Of a stretch of 64,000 bases of DNA, positions 11,307-21,745 are shown in pieces. The stretch lies in IMG/VR virus record IMGVR_UViG_3300037111_000040, positions 57,715 to 121,714 of that record; one strand, given 5' to 3'. The notes beneath the pieces were generated by a model, which worked only from the letters and a program-made list of their open reading frames with translations, ran no database searches and was not told the DNA's origin. Made by a program: the position numbers and the translations under genes. Origin of the DNA: a virus. The stretch's first letter is position 1. Each line of letters begins with the position of its first letter.

Positions 11307-13853
11307 ATGGCAAACGATCTCACTTACGATCAGGCAATCGAGAAGCTCAGGAAACTCTCAGAGCCCGAGCAGAGGCTTGTCCTTGGAAAGATGTCTCCAG
11401 ATGCGCTGAAGCAAATTCGGCAAAGGCTCGAAGCTCCACAAGCGGACTTCACCGCGAATCCGAAGGGCGAGGGGCTGTACCGGATGCTCCCCTCATCGGA
11501 TCAGGGATTCACAAATATATCGGATGAGGTTCAGATTCCTTTCAGCAACGTGCAAAAGGCCATCGATGCCGGTTTCCATCTTCATCCAGACGAAGCACCG
11601 CGCTACCAAAGGGACTTCGAGCATCAAGGCGAGGGACCGACCATTCTCGAAAGGGCGAACGACAAGATTCAAAATCTCTTGCAGCCATCCACTGGGCGCA
11701 TTGGTCAGATGCCGATTGCTCCGTCTGGATTCGATGTTAACGCTATGAAAGCGGCTGGCAGAAGTCTTTACAGCGCACCGGAGTTTTTGAAGGATTTGTC
11801 AGTGGCTCTTTATGGGGCGGTGCGTCCGAGTGCTGGCGCGCAGGATGTGAACAATCTCCTCAACATGATCGATCCGACGCAAGTTCCGGACCAATTGCGT
11901 ACACAGTTCCGTGAGGACGCGAAGAAGGACCCAAAGTTGGCTGTCGACAATTTGCTGGGGAGCATCGCGGGTATGGGCATACTCGCCGCCGTCACTCACG
12001 GAGCGGCAAAAACCGTGGGGGAGGTTTACGCGAAGACGAGTATAGTTCCAGCCGAGCATTTGCGTACTGGGATCAGGGATACATTGGGCGTATCCGAAAA
12101 CACCGAGCGGACGGTTGAGAAGTTCGGCAAGGAATCCGAGGATGTGCGGAAGAAAAACGTCAATGAGACTGAGCAGAACCGAAAGGACAAGATCAAGGCC
12201 ATCAAGGACCGGCAGGAAGAGGAGGCCAAGCACCAGCAGGCAACCGACGAAGTACGGAAGCGCAACGATGCGGTCATGCGCGACCGCCAGAAGCGCGTCG
12301 ACACGCAACAAAAGTTGGACACCGCATCGAAGGAACTCGACGACAAGATCGCTAAGGCCGAGAAGGACGCGAACGCCGCTAACAATGCCGCGTGGAAGGT
12401 ATGGCGCGCCAAGGTCGCCAATGTCCAAGTGGATATGCAGACCGTGGTCGACGCGATCAAGGCACAAACGGACAAGATGAGTCCGGAGCAAGTTTCAACG
12501 TTCAAGGAAATCCTTCGCGAGACAGCGCCAGCGGAAGAGGATTTGTCCGAGCTTGACCAGACGAGAAACTCTATCGCGAAGAACGCAGGCTACGACAAAC
12601 CATACGCAGAACTTCCGCCCGACAGAAAAGCGGTCATTGACGATCAAATAAAGCGTATCGGTTTGGGCGATCTAGCCGATGAAGCCACTGGTGGTGAAGG
12701 TGGTGGCGCGACGGGCGGCGGACGCGGTCTTAAACAGATTTCCGCCAGCCGTCTCCATGGGTGGAAGACTCAGTTGGAAGATGCAGTGCGCGCCGACCGC
12801 ACTGGCAATGTGAAGTACGCCATCGGACAGGTGCTTCAGGTCGTCCGAAAGCTTGAAGAGGATGTTTCAAAAGAGGCCGGAGCCGACGATGAGTTGAAGA
12901 AAGCGCGCGCCCTCCATGGCCCCTACGTCGACACATTCCGGAACACGCAGACGACACCGGGAACCGCCGCGAACTACGTCAGGTCGAAGGTCACACCGGG
13001 CTTCACGAGGGACGCGAAGCTGGAAGACTACCTTGGAAGGGTCGGGCAATATGATCATTCGATTCCGAAGCTCGCGCAACACGTCGAAAACTTGCAAGCA
13101 GGACTGAAGGCACTTCCCAAGGATCAGCCTCTTCGCGAGCAGATCACACTTCCGCCGCCGCCGCTTGAACCAGCATCGAAGTTTGAGCCAAAACCACTCA
13201 CTCCGCATCCAGAGGTTCCCAACATTCAGGCGGAGAACGTACAGTACATCGACCGTGGATTGCGCAAGTACGGCAAGGTCGGAAGCTGGGTATTGAGAAT
13301 TGTCGTTGGCGGACTAACCACGAGGCTGGCACACGGTAATTTGAGCGAGTTCGGTGGAGAATTGCTCGTTGGACAAGTCGGTGTGACGCTACTGACAAAA
13401 GCCTTGCGCTCGCCGAGCGTCCTCGAATGGCTGGCAAGGCCGAGCGCCGAAGACATGCAGATGATCGAGAGCCTTCCGCCACAGGATGCGGACAAGCTTC
13501 GTCTATCGCTCAATCTTCTCGCCAACGAGGACAAGCTCAGAGACCCGCGCCTAAATAGCTTGCAGATCGCTCCAGCAATGGCGGCGTGGCTTGCCGGGGG
13601 AAAGGCGACACAGCAAACACCTCCAGCGCTACTCGATGTCAAGAAGCAGGGCGAACAGTTGCAAGCTCCACCCGCCCCGCCTCCGGCCCCACCGGCTGCG
13701 CCACCGCCTCCACCCGGACCGCAGGCGTCGGTAGCGGCAGCTAATTTGCAAAAGATCATCGAATCGGCTCAGGCGCTCCAAGGCGGAGGCGGACCGAAGC
13801 CCGTTTGGAGCCACGTCTACAGCGAAGAGCTTGGGAGAATAATACCCGTTTGA
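11307..13853 (+). CDS. Putative internal virion/ejection protein with coiled coil
   Basis: 848-aa ORF with long charged helices and a Pro-rich C-terminus. Confidence 0.5.
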   Translation: MANDLTYDQAIEKLRKLSEPEQRLVLGKMSPDALKQIRQRLEAPQADFTANPKGEGLYRMLPSSDQGFTNISDEVQIPFSNVQKAIDAGFHLHPDEAPRYQRDFEHQGEGPTILERANDKIQNLLQPSTGRIGQMPIAPSGFDVNAMKAAGRSLYSAPEFLKDLSVALYGAVRPSAGAQDVNNLLNMIDPTQVPDQLRTQFREDAKKDPKLAVDNLLGSIAGMGILAAVTHGAAKTVGEVYAKTSIVPAEHLRTGIRDTLGVSENTERTVEKFGKESEDVRKKNVNETEQNRKDKIKAIKDRQEEEAKHQQATDEVRKRNDAVMRDRQKRVDTQQKLDTASKELDDKIAKAEKDANAANNAAWKVWRAKVANVQVDMQTVVDAIKAQTDKMSPEQVSTFKEILRETAPAEEDLSELDQTRNSIAKNAGYDKPYAELPPDRKAVIDDQIKRIGLGDLADEATGGEGGGATGGGRGLKQISASRLHGWKTQLEDAVRADRTGNVKYAIGQVLQVVRKLEEDVSKEAGADDELKKARALHGPYVDTFRNTQTTPGTAANYVRSKVTPGFTRDAKLEDYLGRVGQYDHSIPKLAQHVENLQAGLKALPKDQPLREQITLPPPPLEPASKFEPKPLTPHPEVPNIQAENVQYIDRGLRKYGKVGSWVLRIVVGGLTTRLAHGNLSEFGGELLVGQVGVTLLTKALRSPSVLEWLARPSAEDMQMIESLPPQDADKLRLSLNLLANEDKLRDPRLNSLQIAPAMAAWLAGGKATQQTPPALLDVKKQGEQLQAPPAPPPAPPAAPPPPPGPQASVAAANLQKIIESAQALQGGGGPKPVWSHVYSEELGRIIPV

Positions 13854-14728
13854 TCTTCAAACAGCGGCAAGTCTGCTAGATCATCTTCTCTGCAACGCTT
13901 GTGCCTGTTTAGATATGCAAGCGCGCGTCTCGCGAGCTTCGGGTATTTCTCAAATCTCTCAATCCACGTATTGCAAAGTACACAAAGCAAACCACGGCGG
14001 CATTTGTCGCATGACCGACCGGGTTTACAGCAATTATGATCGTGGTCGATAGAAAATCTTCCGGTTGGATACCTACTGTCAGGCGACCCGCAAATAGCGC
14101 ACACTCCACCTTGAGCGGCGAGGGTCTTTTCGTACCACTCTAAATCTACTCCACGACTTTTCAGTCTGTTTTTTCTGTCCCATGTTGCAACATCTTGATT
14201 ATTCATTCTTTTACTCCTTGCTTTAGAGGCTATCGCCCCCTTATTTCTGAGATAAGAGTTTGAACATATACGCTTTCTGTATTCGGGGTCTTCCTCCAAT
14301 TTTTTCAGCAGCCATAATCGCTTATGTCCCCTATTTTTATTTTCTGATTTCCTTTTTATCTCCTTGACGTGATCGGCGTCTTTCTCATACTGCCTCTGCT
14401 GATAGGATCGCCCGCATTGCTTACATCGCGAGGCACGACCGTAGAGGCCGCTTTTTGATCTTGAATAGTTGCCCAACGGCTGAGGCACCCCATTAAATGA
14501 GCAGGTGCAAGAAGAGCATATTTTTGATTCTGGTCTGACGATCTCGCGTTTCGGATGCTTCTCTCTGTAGCTTGCTTTCTTGTCAGAGTACGTGCATATT
14601 TTGCATTTATACTTTCGCCCATGCGGCTCTCCTCGATCAACATGGAATTCCTCCAGTATTTTCGGGATACGGCATTTGCAGCAAACCCGCTTTATGCTTT
14701 CTGGTATATTTTCTTCGTGGGGTGTCAT
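13817..14728 (-). CDS. Endonuclease VII-like HNH homing endonuclease
   Basis: 'QGGVCAICG...FSIDHDHNCC...CRRGLLCVLCN' plus N-terminal Zn ribbons. Confidence 0.85.
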   Translation of the reverse strand: MTPHEENIPESIKRVCCKCRIPKILEEFHVDRGEPHGRKYKCKICTYSDKKASYREKHPKREIVRPESKICSSCTCSFNGVPQPLGNYSRSKSGLYGRASRCKQCGRSYQQRQYEKDADHVKEIKRKSENKNRGHKRLWLLKKLEEDPEYRKRICSNSYLRNKGAIASKARSKRMNNQDVATWDRKNRLKSRGVDLEWYEKTLAAQGGVCAICGSPDSRYPTGRFSIDHDHNCCKPGRSCDKCRRGLLCVLCNTWIERFEKYPKLARRALAYLNRHKRCREDDLADLPLFEDQTGIILPSSSL

Positions 14729-14825
14729 CGGAAACCTCTTTTCCGGTTGGCGTGAGCCGGGTGCGCAAACACCTGACGCCCCGATTATACTCCGTAAATC
14801 GTTGAATTTCGTCTATAATCGTGCC

Positions 14826-17800
14826 GTGCCTGCACAACACAAACTCGTCAAGGTGGACGATTCGATCATCGCCTTTCCGGCCACTCTGCCCGACGAAGAC
14901 GTTGCTGCGGTCATCAAAAAATTCAAGCAATCGAAGCCGACAAAAGACAAATCTCTGAGCCAGTCTCCGTTGCCATCTTCCGCTGGCGTGATGACGGAAG
15001 AGTCGGAGCACGCGCGCCAGTTGGCCCCGGCGCAACCTGTAGGCTCCGCCATCCCGGATTGGCTTACGCAGCCGATCCCACAAACGGCTGACAGGATCAA
15101 CAAAGCATTCAACCTGATGCTCGGATTTCCGGGTGGCGTCACTCCAGCCGAAGCCGAAATCAACGAGCGCAACAGAAAAGCCAACGAGGCGTTCGACAAA
15201 GCATTCCCGCTGACTGGCGGCGCGATGATGGGCGCGCATAATTTTGCAGAGGGACTGCTGACGCCAGCGAACCTCATGCTGATGCTCACGGCTCCGGAAT
15301 CGAAGCTCCTGAGCGCCTTCTTCGCGACGCAGGCCATGAGGGGATCGTATCGCGACGCGAAGGAAGCGGAAAAGGATTTTAAGGAAGGGAAGAACAAAGA
15401 AGCGGCTCAGTACATTACGCAATCGCTGCTCGGTTTGGGAGTGGCTGGTCTCGCGGGCTCGCACGCCGTGCGTGGAACGGCGGTCGACACAAGCGCGCTT
15501 TTCCCAGAGGGACCGAAGACCATCGAAGGTGAGTTTGAGCGCGCCGGAGAGCATGAAATCGTTCCGCAATCGACCGGAGTCAGATCGGTTGTTGACGCGA
15601 TGGCGAAGATGAAGAGAGCCGAGCCTCCGTCGCTGCCGGAAGTGAAGGCTGAGGCAAACAAGCTTGCGGTTGCACCGAAAACAATCGGCCCGAAGGAAGC
15701 GGAGGTAAAGCGGCCTTCGTTCAAGGAACCAGATTTGTCAACAGCGGAAGTAGTGTTCTCCGCCAACAAATCACCGGACCGTCTCTATCGCGGCACGAAT
15801 GGCGAAGAAGAACTTGGAAATATACTCGCGTCGAAGAGCATAGCCTCCACTTCTGAAACGGCATCGCGCTTAGGAAAGAGCGGACATCAAGGGTTGACAT
15901 TTTTCTCTGATCGTCCGAATGTCGCGACGAGCTACGTTCACGACGGGGGCTATGTGATTGAATTAGATGCATCGAAAGTCCCAGAAACTTCAGGACATGG
16001 CGCTGGGGAAATAGCAACTAACAAGCCAACTTCGCTCGATGCGGTCACTCGCATTTTCAAGATCGGCAAGGACGAGAATGGATACCACGCTATCGACGTT
16101 ACAAAACAAGTTCTTCCGCAATTAGGCGGCGGGAAAATTCGGAGCGCCACACCAGAGGGCATCAGGGAAGAAACGCAACATGTCATTGGCGGTAAGCAGG
16201 ATTCCATTCATCCACTGGAAGTTGTGAACACTGCGATGCTGGCGCTCGGTAAGAACAATAAGGTTTCTAGGATCGTTATTCAGTCGATCCCCGTCGATGT
16301 GGTGGATGTGCTTGCCAAGAACGGCTTCACTACCAAACAACTTTTTAGCCAGTATGATGTGGTCAGCAACGCTCTTCCCGTCGATGACCGAGCGACGGTA
16401 GCCAGAGGGCTTTCGAGTGCTCTTCAATTGGCTGGCACACGCTTTAGAGCAGCACTTGATGGGGTACTTCCTCCGAATCCTACAGGTAGAGACAAGGAAT
16501 TCTTGGCCGCAGTTCGCGCAGTTAAGGCGAACCCTAGCGTCCTTGGGGCTTTTGCGCCCTTTGTTAGCAGCACTGATCTTAGCGGCGATCTTGGCCTTGG
16601 CGGCGGGGTCTTGGGAAATGGCGAGTTGGGCGCAGGAAACGGAGCACCATCGGCCCCAATTCTTGGCGGCGTTGATCTGGCTCGGGTATCTCCAGAACTC
16701 AGCCCCGCACAACTCGCAGAATCTTTGAACAGGCATGGACAGATCATAGCGAAAAATGGTCCAACTGAATCCGTCGAAGATAAAAATAACAGGCCGTTCG
16801 CGTTGTTCAAGCTGCTCTACAAACCGCAGCCCGCAAGCGAAGTCGAGATCGCCAGAGAGGAAATGGCGCTCTACGAAGTGCAACGTATGCTTGATCAGAT
16901 TCCACCGCCAGCGGACCCTGTCTCCACAAGCACGCCGGAGCAGATTGAGAAGTGGGGTGCTGAATATAAGGCGTGGGCACAGAAGGCGGCTCCCTCTCTT
17001 GAGCGGTACAAGGAGATCGCCCAACGCATTGGGGAACTGAAGAACAAAGAAATCGGCGAGATTCGCAAGCTTCCCGATGGAAACAGAGTTCTCTACCTGA
17101 ACCGTGGCGGACTTAAGGCTCTCTACCACGGTTTGATGGGTGGACCGCCGCCGAAGAATTACGGCCTCAGCGGACTCTCGCTCGATGTTTCAGACATCAA
17201 GGCGATCACAAACAATCTCGCGTTGCTGAAGCCACTGCTCCACGGCGAACTGACGCAGATGATGCTCAGGGGCATGGACAAGAATGGCCTGACAATCTCT
17301 ATGATGCCGAGGAAGGGAGAGAGTCTGAGTGAGGCGCTCGCCACATTGCGCGAGGAATTGAACCATGGCTGGCAAAGGCGATTCGCGGACGCAGCAGGAA
17401 ACCATCTTTCTCCGGAACACTTTGCGAATTTGAACGTCGCGATGCCGAAGACGATGAGCGATTATCTCGGCACCAACTATCCAGAGATCAAGAACGACGG
17501 AAGTGAAGTGATGAACCGCAGGCGTGTCCTTGAAGCGTCTTCCAAGATGCTTTCTGAGTCCCCAAGAAGTTTGGGCTTGACGGACGACGAGTGGGCCGCA
17601 TATCTCTTTCAGTATTTCCACGCTGTCGAAGCAGAGCACGGAGACAAGGCGCTCAACGAGCTTCTCCACATCACCGCATTAGCAAAGGAAGTGAAAAATG
17701 TCTACTTCTCGACCACAGACCGATTCCCCGGAGTCCAAGAAAATGCGAGAGGCATGGGAGGCGTACAAAAAGGACGGCCTCAAGGGGCTGAGGGAACTGG

Positions 17801-18716
17801 CCCGCCAGCGCAACGCGGAGGAGCGGAAGGAGTCGGCCTAGAAAAGGTCAAGCGCGAAGCTGAGGCTCTGCAACCTGCCGCTGCGAGGACGGATACTCCC
17901 GAATTCAAGACGTGGTTCAAAGAATCGAAGGTGACCGACGAAAGTGGGAAGCCTAAGCCCGTGTTCCACTCCGGATGGTTCGACGAAAAAGAGGACCCCG
18001 TTCCGGACATCGGAGAAAACGGATTTCATTTTGGAACACGAGATGCGGCTCAGTCGAGGAACGGCGGGAAGCTTGTCGATGACTTTATCCGTGAGGGCAA
18101 GGTCGAACAATACGAAAACGAAGACGGAAAGATGGTATGGGGATGGTCGTCGGGGAGTGAGGAATCTTACGACTTTGACGAAGAGGGGTTTGAAACGGAG
18201 GCTGCAGCGAGACGCGATCTTGAGCAACGCGCAACCGAGCAAGAAGTTGACGAAGATATGCCTCTCACGGAAGCATATCTTTCAATTCAAAATCCAAAAC
18301 GCGTAAAGGATCAGGAAGACGATTGGGCTCCTGCTGTTGCGAAAGCAAAGCGCGAAGGCTATGACGGCATTGTTTATCGGAACGAGTTTGAAGACAAAGG
18401 CACCGACTCGTATATCGCCTTTTACCCCGAGCAGATAAAATCTGTAAAAAATGAGGGCGCACACGATCCTTCGAACCCCAACATCCTCAAGAGCGTGAAG
18501 AGGGCGGCGGAGAAGCTGAAGCCGCCAACAGACCTGTCACAGAAGGCGACGGAGTGGGCAACGAAGCATATGCACGATTCGACGCCTGCGGCTAACAAGG
18601 AATTCGGCAAGTTCTACGCTGAGAAGTTTCCCGATGGCGAAACTCCGATGGGAAGGGCGTGGATGAAGTTCCACGGCTTTGGCTCGGTGAAACCCGGACA
18701 ACAGTTTGGACAATAG
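14826..18716 (+). CDS. Large polyvalent protein with ADP-ribosyltransferase-like domains
   Basis: GTG 14826 follows TATAAT 14814-14819; 'LYRGT...FFSDRPNVATSY...YVIELD' and C-terminal 'FKTWFKESKV...VFH...AYLSIQNP...GYDGIV...YIAFYPEQIKS' resemble ART-PolyVal. Confidence 0.7.
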   Translation: MPAQHKLVKVDDSIIAFPATLPDEDVAAVIKKFKQSKPTKDKSLSQSPLPSSAGVMTEESEHARQLAPAQPVGSAIPDWLTQPIPQTADRINKAFNLMLGFPGGVTPAEAEINERNRKANEAFDKAFPLTGGAMMGAHNFAEGLLTPANLMLMLTAPESKLLSAFFATQAMRGSYRDAKEAEKDFKEGKNKEAAQYITQSLLGLGVAGLAGSHAVRGTAVDTSALFPEGPKTIEGEFERAGEHEIVPQSTGVRSVVDAMAKMKRAEPPSLPEVKAEANKLAVAPKTIGPKEAEVKRPSFKEPDLSTAEVVFSANKSPDRLYRGTNGEEELGNILASKSIASTSETASRLGKSGHQGLTFFSDRPNVATSYVHDGGYVIELDASKVPETSGHGAGEIATNKPTSLDAVTRIFKIGKDENGYHAIDVTKQVLPQLGGGKIRSATPEGIREETQHVIGGKQDSIHPLEVVNTAMLALGKNNKVSRIVIQSIPVDVVDVLAKNGFTTKQLFSQYDVVSNALPVDDRATVARGLSSALQLAGTRFRAALDGVLPPNPTGRDKEFLAAVRAVKANPSVLGAFAPFVSSTDLSGDLGLGGGVLGNGELGAGNGAPSAPILGGVDLARVSPELSPAQLAESLNRHGQIIAKNGPTESVEDKNNRPFALFKLLYKPQPASEVEIAREEMALYEVQRMLDQIPPPADPVSTSTPEQIEKWGAEYKAWAQKAAPSLERYKEIAQRIGELKNKEIGEIRKLPDGNRVLYLNRGGLKALYHGLMGGPPPKNYGLSGLSLDVSDIKAITNNLALLKPLLHGELTQMMLRGMDKNGLTISMMPRKGESLSEALATLREELNHGWQRRFADAAGNHLSPEHFANLNVAMPKTMSDYLGTNYPEIKNDGSEVMNRRRVLEASSKMLSESPRSLGLTDDEWAAYLFQYFHAVEAEHGDKALNELLHITALAKEVKNVYFSTTDRFPGVQENARGMGGVQKGRPQGAEGTGPPAQRGGAEGVGLEKVKREAEALQPAAARTDTPEFKTWFKESKVTDESGKPKPVFHSGWFDEKEDPVPDIGENGFHFGTRDAAQSRNGGKLVDDFIREGKVEQYENEDGKMVWGWSSGSEESYDFDEEGFETEAAARRDLEQRATEQEVDEDMPLTEAYLSIQNPKRVKDQEDDWAPAVAKAKREGYDGIVYRNEFEDKGTDSYIAFYPEQIKSVKNEGAHDPSNPNILKSVKRAAEKLKPPTDLSQKATEWATKHMHDSTPAANKEFGKFYAEKFPDGETPMGRAWMKFHGFGSVKPGQQFGQ
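16122..16736 (-). CDS. HNH endonuclease nested antisense within the polyvalent protein gene
   Basis: 204 aa from ATG 16736; two CxxC...CSxxC Zn ribbons and 'HIHHIDGDRLNNDPRNLIVLTERQHRSVH'. Confidence 0.85.
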   Translation of the reverse strand: MPVQRFCELCGAEFWRYPSQINAAKNWGRWCSVSCAQLAISQDPAAKAKIAAKISAANKGRKSPKDARVRLNCANCGQEFLVSTCRIRRKYPIKCCSKACASQLKSTRKPSGYRRSVIDGKSVADHIILAKKLFGSEAVLGKHIHHIDGDRLNNDPRNLIVLTERQHRSVHNFQWMNGILLTANDMLRFFPDALWCGAPNFPAA

Positions 18717-18732
18717 GTGGTAAATTGAAGCC

Positions 18733-18972
18733 ATGCTGATTCAGATTCTCGACGAACTTTGGCTGGACATCTGGGCGGTAACCGCCATCAAGAAAATCGA
18801 CGAAAAAAGCTGTGCGTTGTGGCTTACCGGTCAATCCGGGGAGGAGGGGCTCGTGTTGGACTATCCAGCAGAGGAAGTTGCTCAAGCGATCAACGACGAA
18901 CGCGAGAAAGATGGCGAAGAGCCGGAAGAAGAGAAGAACGCGGAGCCGGAAGAGGACGACGAGGAAGAGTGA
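18733..18972 (+). CDS. Small acidic hypothetical protein
   Basis: 79-aa ORF filling the gap in a co-oriented operon. Confidence 0.55.
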   Translation: MLIQILDELWLDIWAVTAIKKIDEKSCALWLTGQSGEEGLVLDYPAEEVAQAINDEREKDGEEPEEEKNAEPEEDDEEE

Positions 18973-19036
18973 GCTATAGTAGGGCCAGCGGTGTTTGAGC
19001 ACCGGCCTTGCGGCCCAATCGTCGAAGGAGGACGAT

Positions 19037-19777
19037 ATGCCAGCCCATAGTTTCACATTAGCACCAAATCTTTGTATTTGCCGCGATCCAAACTGCGACG
19101 TTCCGCTAGGCTATTGCCACTGCGGATGCGGAATAAGGACGGCTGTCGCGCGACAATCCAGCACAAAACGTGGGCATGTAAATGGAATGCCCAAAATGTG
19201 GATCAGTGGTCACTCGCAAGCACACAAGCGAATCGATTTCAATGACGCAAAACCCTTCAAAATTGATGGCGTATATTGCAAGTTGATTGGCCTAACCTTC
19301 GGCATGTATGCAGTCGTATGCGAACGTGACCATAAATGGCTAACAAGGTGGAGGTGGCAGGCCGCTTGGAGCAGCGCGGATGAGTGTTTCTACGCGATCA
19401 GAACCCACCGTGAAAAATGGAAAAAGCAGGAAACAATTAGGATGCACAGGTTCATCCTTGGACTCACTCGGAAAGATTTGCGAGTTGTCGATCATGAAAA
19501 TGGGAATACGCTCGATAATCGGCGCAGGATTAGAGGGCGCGGAAATCTTAGAATCGTTACGCATCGTCAGAGCAAGCTCAATTGCGGGGTACGCAAGGAT
19601 TGCGTGAGCGGTTTCAAAGGTGTCGGCGTAGACAAACATACTGGACGATTCAGAGCCCGCATTACAATTCACGGCAAACTTACCTCTTTAGGGCATTTTG
19701 AGACTCCAGAAGCGGCTCATCGGGCCTACTGTAAAGCGTCGAGGGTTTACCACGGCGAGTACGGGAGAACAGAATGA
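19037..19777 (+). CDS. HNH-AP2 homing endonuclease
   Basis: AAGGAGG RBS; 'MHRFILG...VDHENGNTLDNR..NLR' plus AP2 'SGFKGV...RARI...LGHFETPEAAHRAY'. Confidence 0.85.
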   Translation: MPAHSFTLAPNLCICRDPNCDVPLGYCHCGCGIRTAVARQSSTKRGHVNGMPKMWISGHSQAHKRIDFNDAKPFKIDGVYCKLIGLTFGMYAVVCERDHKWLTRWRWQAAWSSADECFYAIRTHREKWKKQETIRMHRFILGLTRKDLRVVDHENGNTLDNRRRIRGRGNLRIVTHRQSKLNCGVRKDCVSGFKGVGVDKHTGRFRARITIHGKLTSLGHFETPEAAHRAYCKASRVYHGEYGRTE

Positions 19778-20715
19778 GCGCCGGGACGGACGAACTCCTT
19801 ACCGCTTTCGAGGAGTGCCGCCGCAAAGCCTTCTGGATGCGAGAGTGGGAATCTACGAAGCTCACCGCGACCCAGATGCTCCAGATCGGCGTCCGTACCG
19901 GTCTGACGGAGCCAACGAAGAAAGATTGGGGTCTGGCGGCTGGTGAGGCGCTCTACTCATTGGGTGCCAACCATGGACTGGTGAGCAAACAATTAAACAT
20001 TCACGACGAAATCGTCCATCTCTCAGCCATAGCCGAAGCCGTGGCCACCGTCCTGCGCAAAGATGCCCCGTGGAAGCCGCCTGAGACGGTCGAGATAGGA
20101 AACGGCCACGCGTGGTCATCGGACGTGCTCCTAGACCCCTCTGGAGCCCGTCTACGCCGTATCGTTTTCGCTTCCTCATGGAACGATGACCGGCATTATA
20201 GCCTTTGCCGGTCTTGGGGCAGTCTCGGAAGCGTCTGCGTCCATAATCTCCCGCTTCAGATAGGCGTGGTTCTTTTAGGGGCGCACAAAGATGGAAAATT
20301 CCATAGCTGCTGGTCCAAAGCCTACAGTCATCCCGTGAACAGGCAGATAAGATTTAGAAGGAGAAACAACGTAAGCGAAGGCTTCAAAAGCACTTGGGGA
20401 CAAATTTGGCGTGAGGATCATGGCGAGTTTAGCACCCAAGATTGGTTGCAAGCCATGCTTGACGACTCAGTTTTACAGGACGCGCTCCTTGTAGTTGATC
20501 TTCCTGTCCCAGAAAAGGTGGCGCGACAAAGAATCCTCGATCTCGCCGCGCGAAGGCTGGATGAAATATGGGCTACGAAGGAACTTCCGGATCAACAGCT
20601 ATCGACCTGTGATTGGCCCCAACCGTGCGGTTTTCGCTCAAATTGCCACTCGGGGAACCAGCCCAGCGGGCGCTACGGCTTTGTGCCCGTGTCCAGTTTA
20701 TCCACCTCTGGATAG
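19774..20715 (+). CDS. Putative PD-(D/E)XK/Cas4-like exonuclease
   Basis: N-terminal 'FEECRRK' and C-terminal 'CDWPQPCGFRSNC', a 1+3 Cys arrangement typical of Fe-S staple nucleases. Confidence 0.45.
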   Translation: MSAGTDELLTAFEECRRKAFWMREWESTKLTATQMLQIGVRTGLTEPTKKDWGLAAGEALYSLGANHGLVSKQLNIHDEIVHLSAIAEAVATVLRKDAPWKPPETVEIGNGHAWSSDVLLDPSGARLRRIVFASSWNDDRHYSLCRSWGSLGSVCVHNLPLQIGVVLLGAHKDGKFHSCWSKAYSHPVNRQIRFRRRNNVSEGFKSTWGQIWREDHGEFSTQDWLQAMLDDSVLQDALLVVDLPVPEKVARQRILDLAARRLDEIWATKELPDQQLSTCDWPQPCGFRSNCHSGNQPSGRYGFVPVSSLSTSG

Positions 20716-20880
20716 CTCCCTTTGGCCTTCTCAAGCGCGGCGAACATCAAGCGCCAATAGGTGACTCCAGCTTCAAGCATTTTACGCGCCTCTTCCTCAC
20801 TAAGTTCGCGCGGCGGCGCTCGCGCAGGTCTCCATTCTGATCCCGGTAGAACGAAATATCGACACGAACCTCGTCTTCGC

Positions 20881-21090
20881 TCATAAAACCCTGTCTTTTA
20901 TGTCGCGCAGCCAGAAAAGTTGCTTGACGGAGCAGTTGCCGAAAGCCTCAACCTTCGCCATCATGTCTTTCTCGTTGGGGCGAATCTCGGATTCAAAGCC
21001 TTCGAGCATCTCGATGATTCGATTGGCCTCATCCAGACGTTCATCTGGCGTCAAGGTGCATTCGCTCAGGTCGTGATAGCTCATCGCCAA
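20881..21090 (-). CDS. Hypothetical protein
   Basis: Short ORF coupled to the upstream minus-strand gene. Confidence 0.5.
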   Translation of the reverse strand: MAMSYHDLSECTLTPDERLDEANRIIEMLEGFESEIRPNEKDMMAKVEAFGNCSVKQLFWLRDIKDRVL

Positions 21091-21710
21091 CCATCCTTTG
21101 TCTGCCTCTGCGGCTCATCGCTCGGAACGTAGTCGAGGTCCATGGCTCCGCCGACCGCCGTGTTCGGGACCAGCGGCACGGGCGGGCCTGAAATTCCCGG
21201 AATGGGCACGGCGTTGGTCCGGTAGAGCGCCTGATCGATTCCGTCTGGCGGCAGCGGCACCGGCTCGGAGATGGGCTGTGGCTGGGCGAATTGCGCGCCA
21301 TCCGGAGGTGGGAAGCCCTGCGTGGGGCCGACGAGAGCTTGGGGATGCACCGTGCCGCCTAGCGCCCGGATTACTTGGACGAGCGAAGGAATCTCGACGT
21401 TGAGCATCGCCACACGCTGCATGGCTTCAGCCCGCTCTTTGAGGGCCATCGCGAGGCGCTTCTCCGCGTAGTTGTGCGCCTTGCCGAACTCTTTTGGCTG
21501 TGTTTTGCGCGGCTTTTTGGGGGTTACTATCGGTGCTGGTTCCTGCTCTGGTGCTGGGGCCGGTGGATCAGCTTGCGCTTGCTCAGCTTTGACCTTAGCC
21601 CATCGCGCTTTTCCGGCTTCTCTGGCTATTTCCTTGCGCCGCTCGGGAGTGAGATTCGCATTGCGTGCCTTGCCGCCTTCGCTGCCCATGTTTTCCCTCG
21701 TGCTTGCCAT
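21081..21710 (-). CDS. Hypothetical protein with basic KGG-like N-terminal motif
   Basis: 'EGGKARNANLTPERRKEIAREAGKARW' followed by a Pro-rich tail. Confidence 0.6.
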   Translation of the reverse strand: MASTRENMGSEGGKARNANLTPERRKEIAREAGKARWAKVKAEQAQADPPAPAPEQEPAPIVTPKKPRKTQPKEFGKAHNYAEKRLAMALKERAEAMQRVAMLNVEIPSLVQVIRALGGTVHPQALVGPTQGFPPPDGAQFAQPQPISEPVPLPPDGIDQALYRTNAVPIPGISGPPVPLVPNTAVGGAMDLDYVPSDEPQRQTKDGWR

Positions 21711-21745
21711 TCTTGCACTATGCTTGCAAAAGTGCAAGCGCCCCG

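Noticed and set aside
14580-14825. N-terminal extension of the 1378-aa ORF
   Set aside because: It overlaps the start of the antisense HNH gene; TATAAT and GTG at 14826 give a more plausible start.
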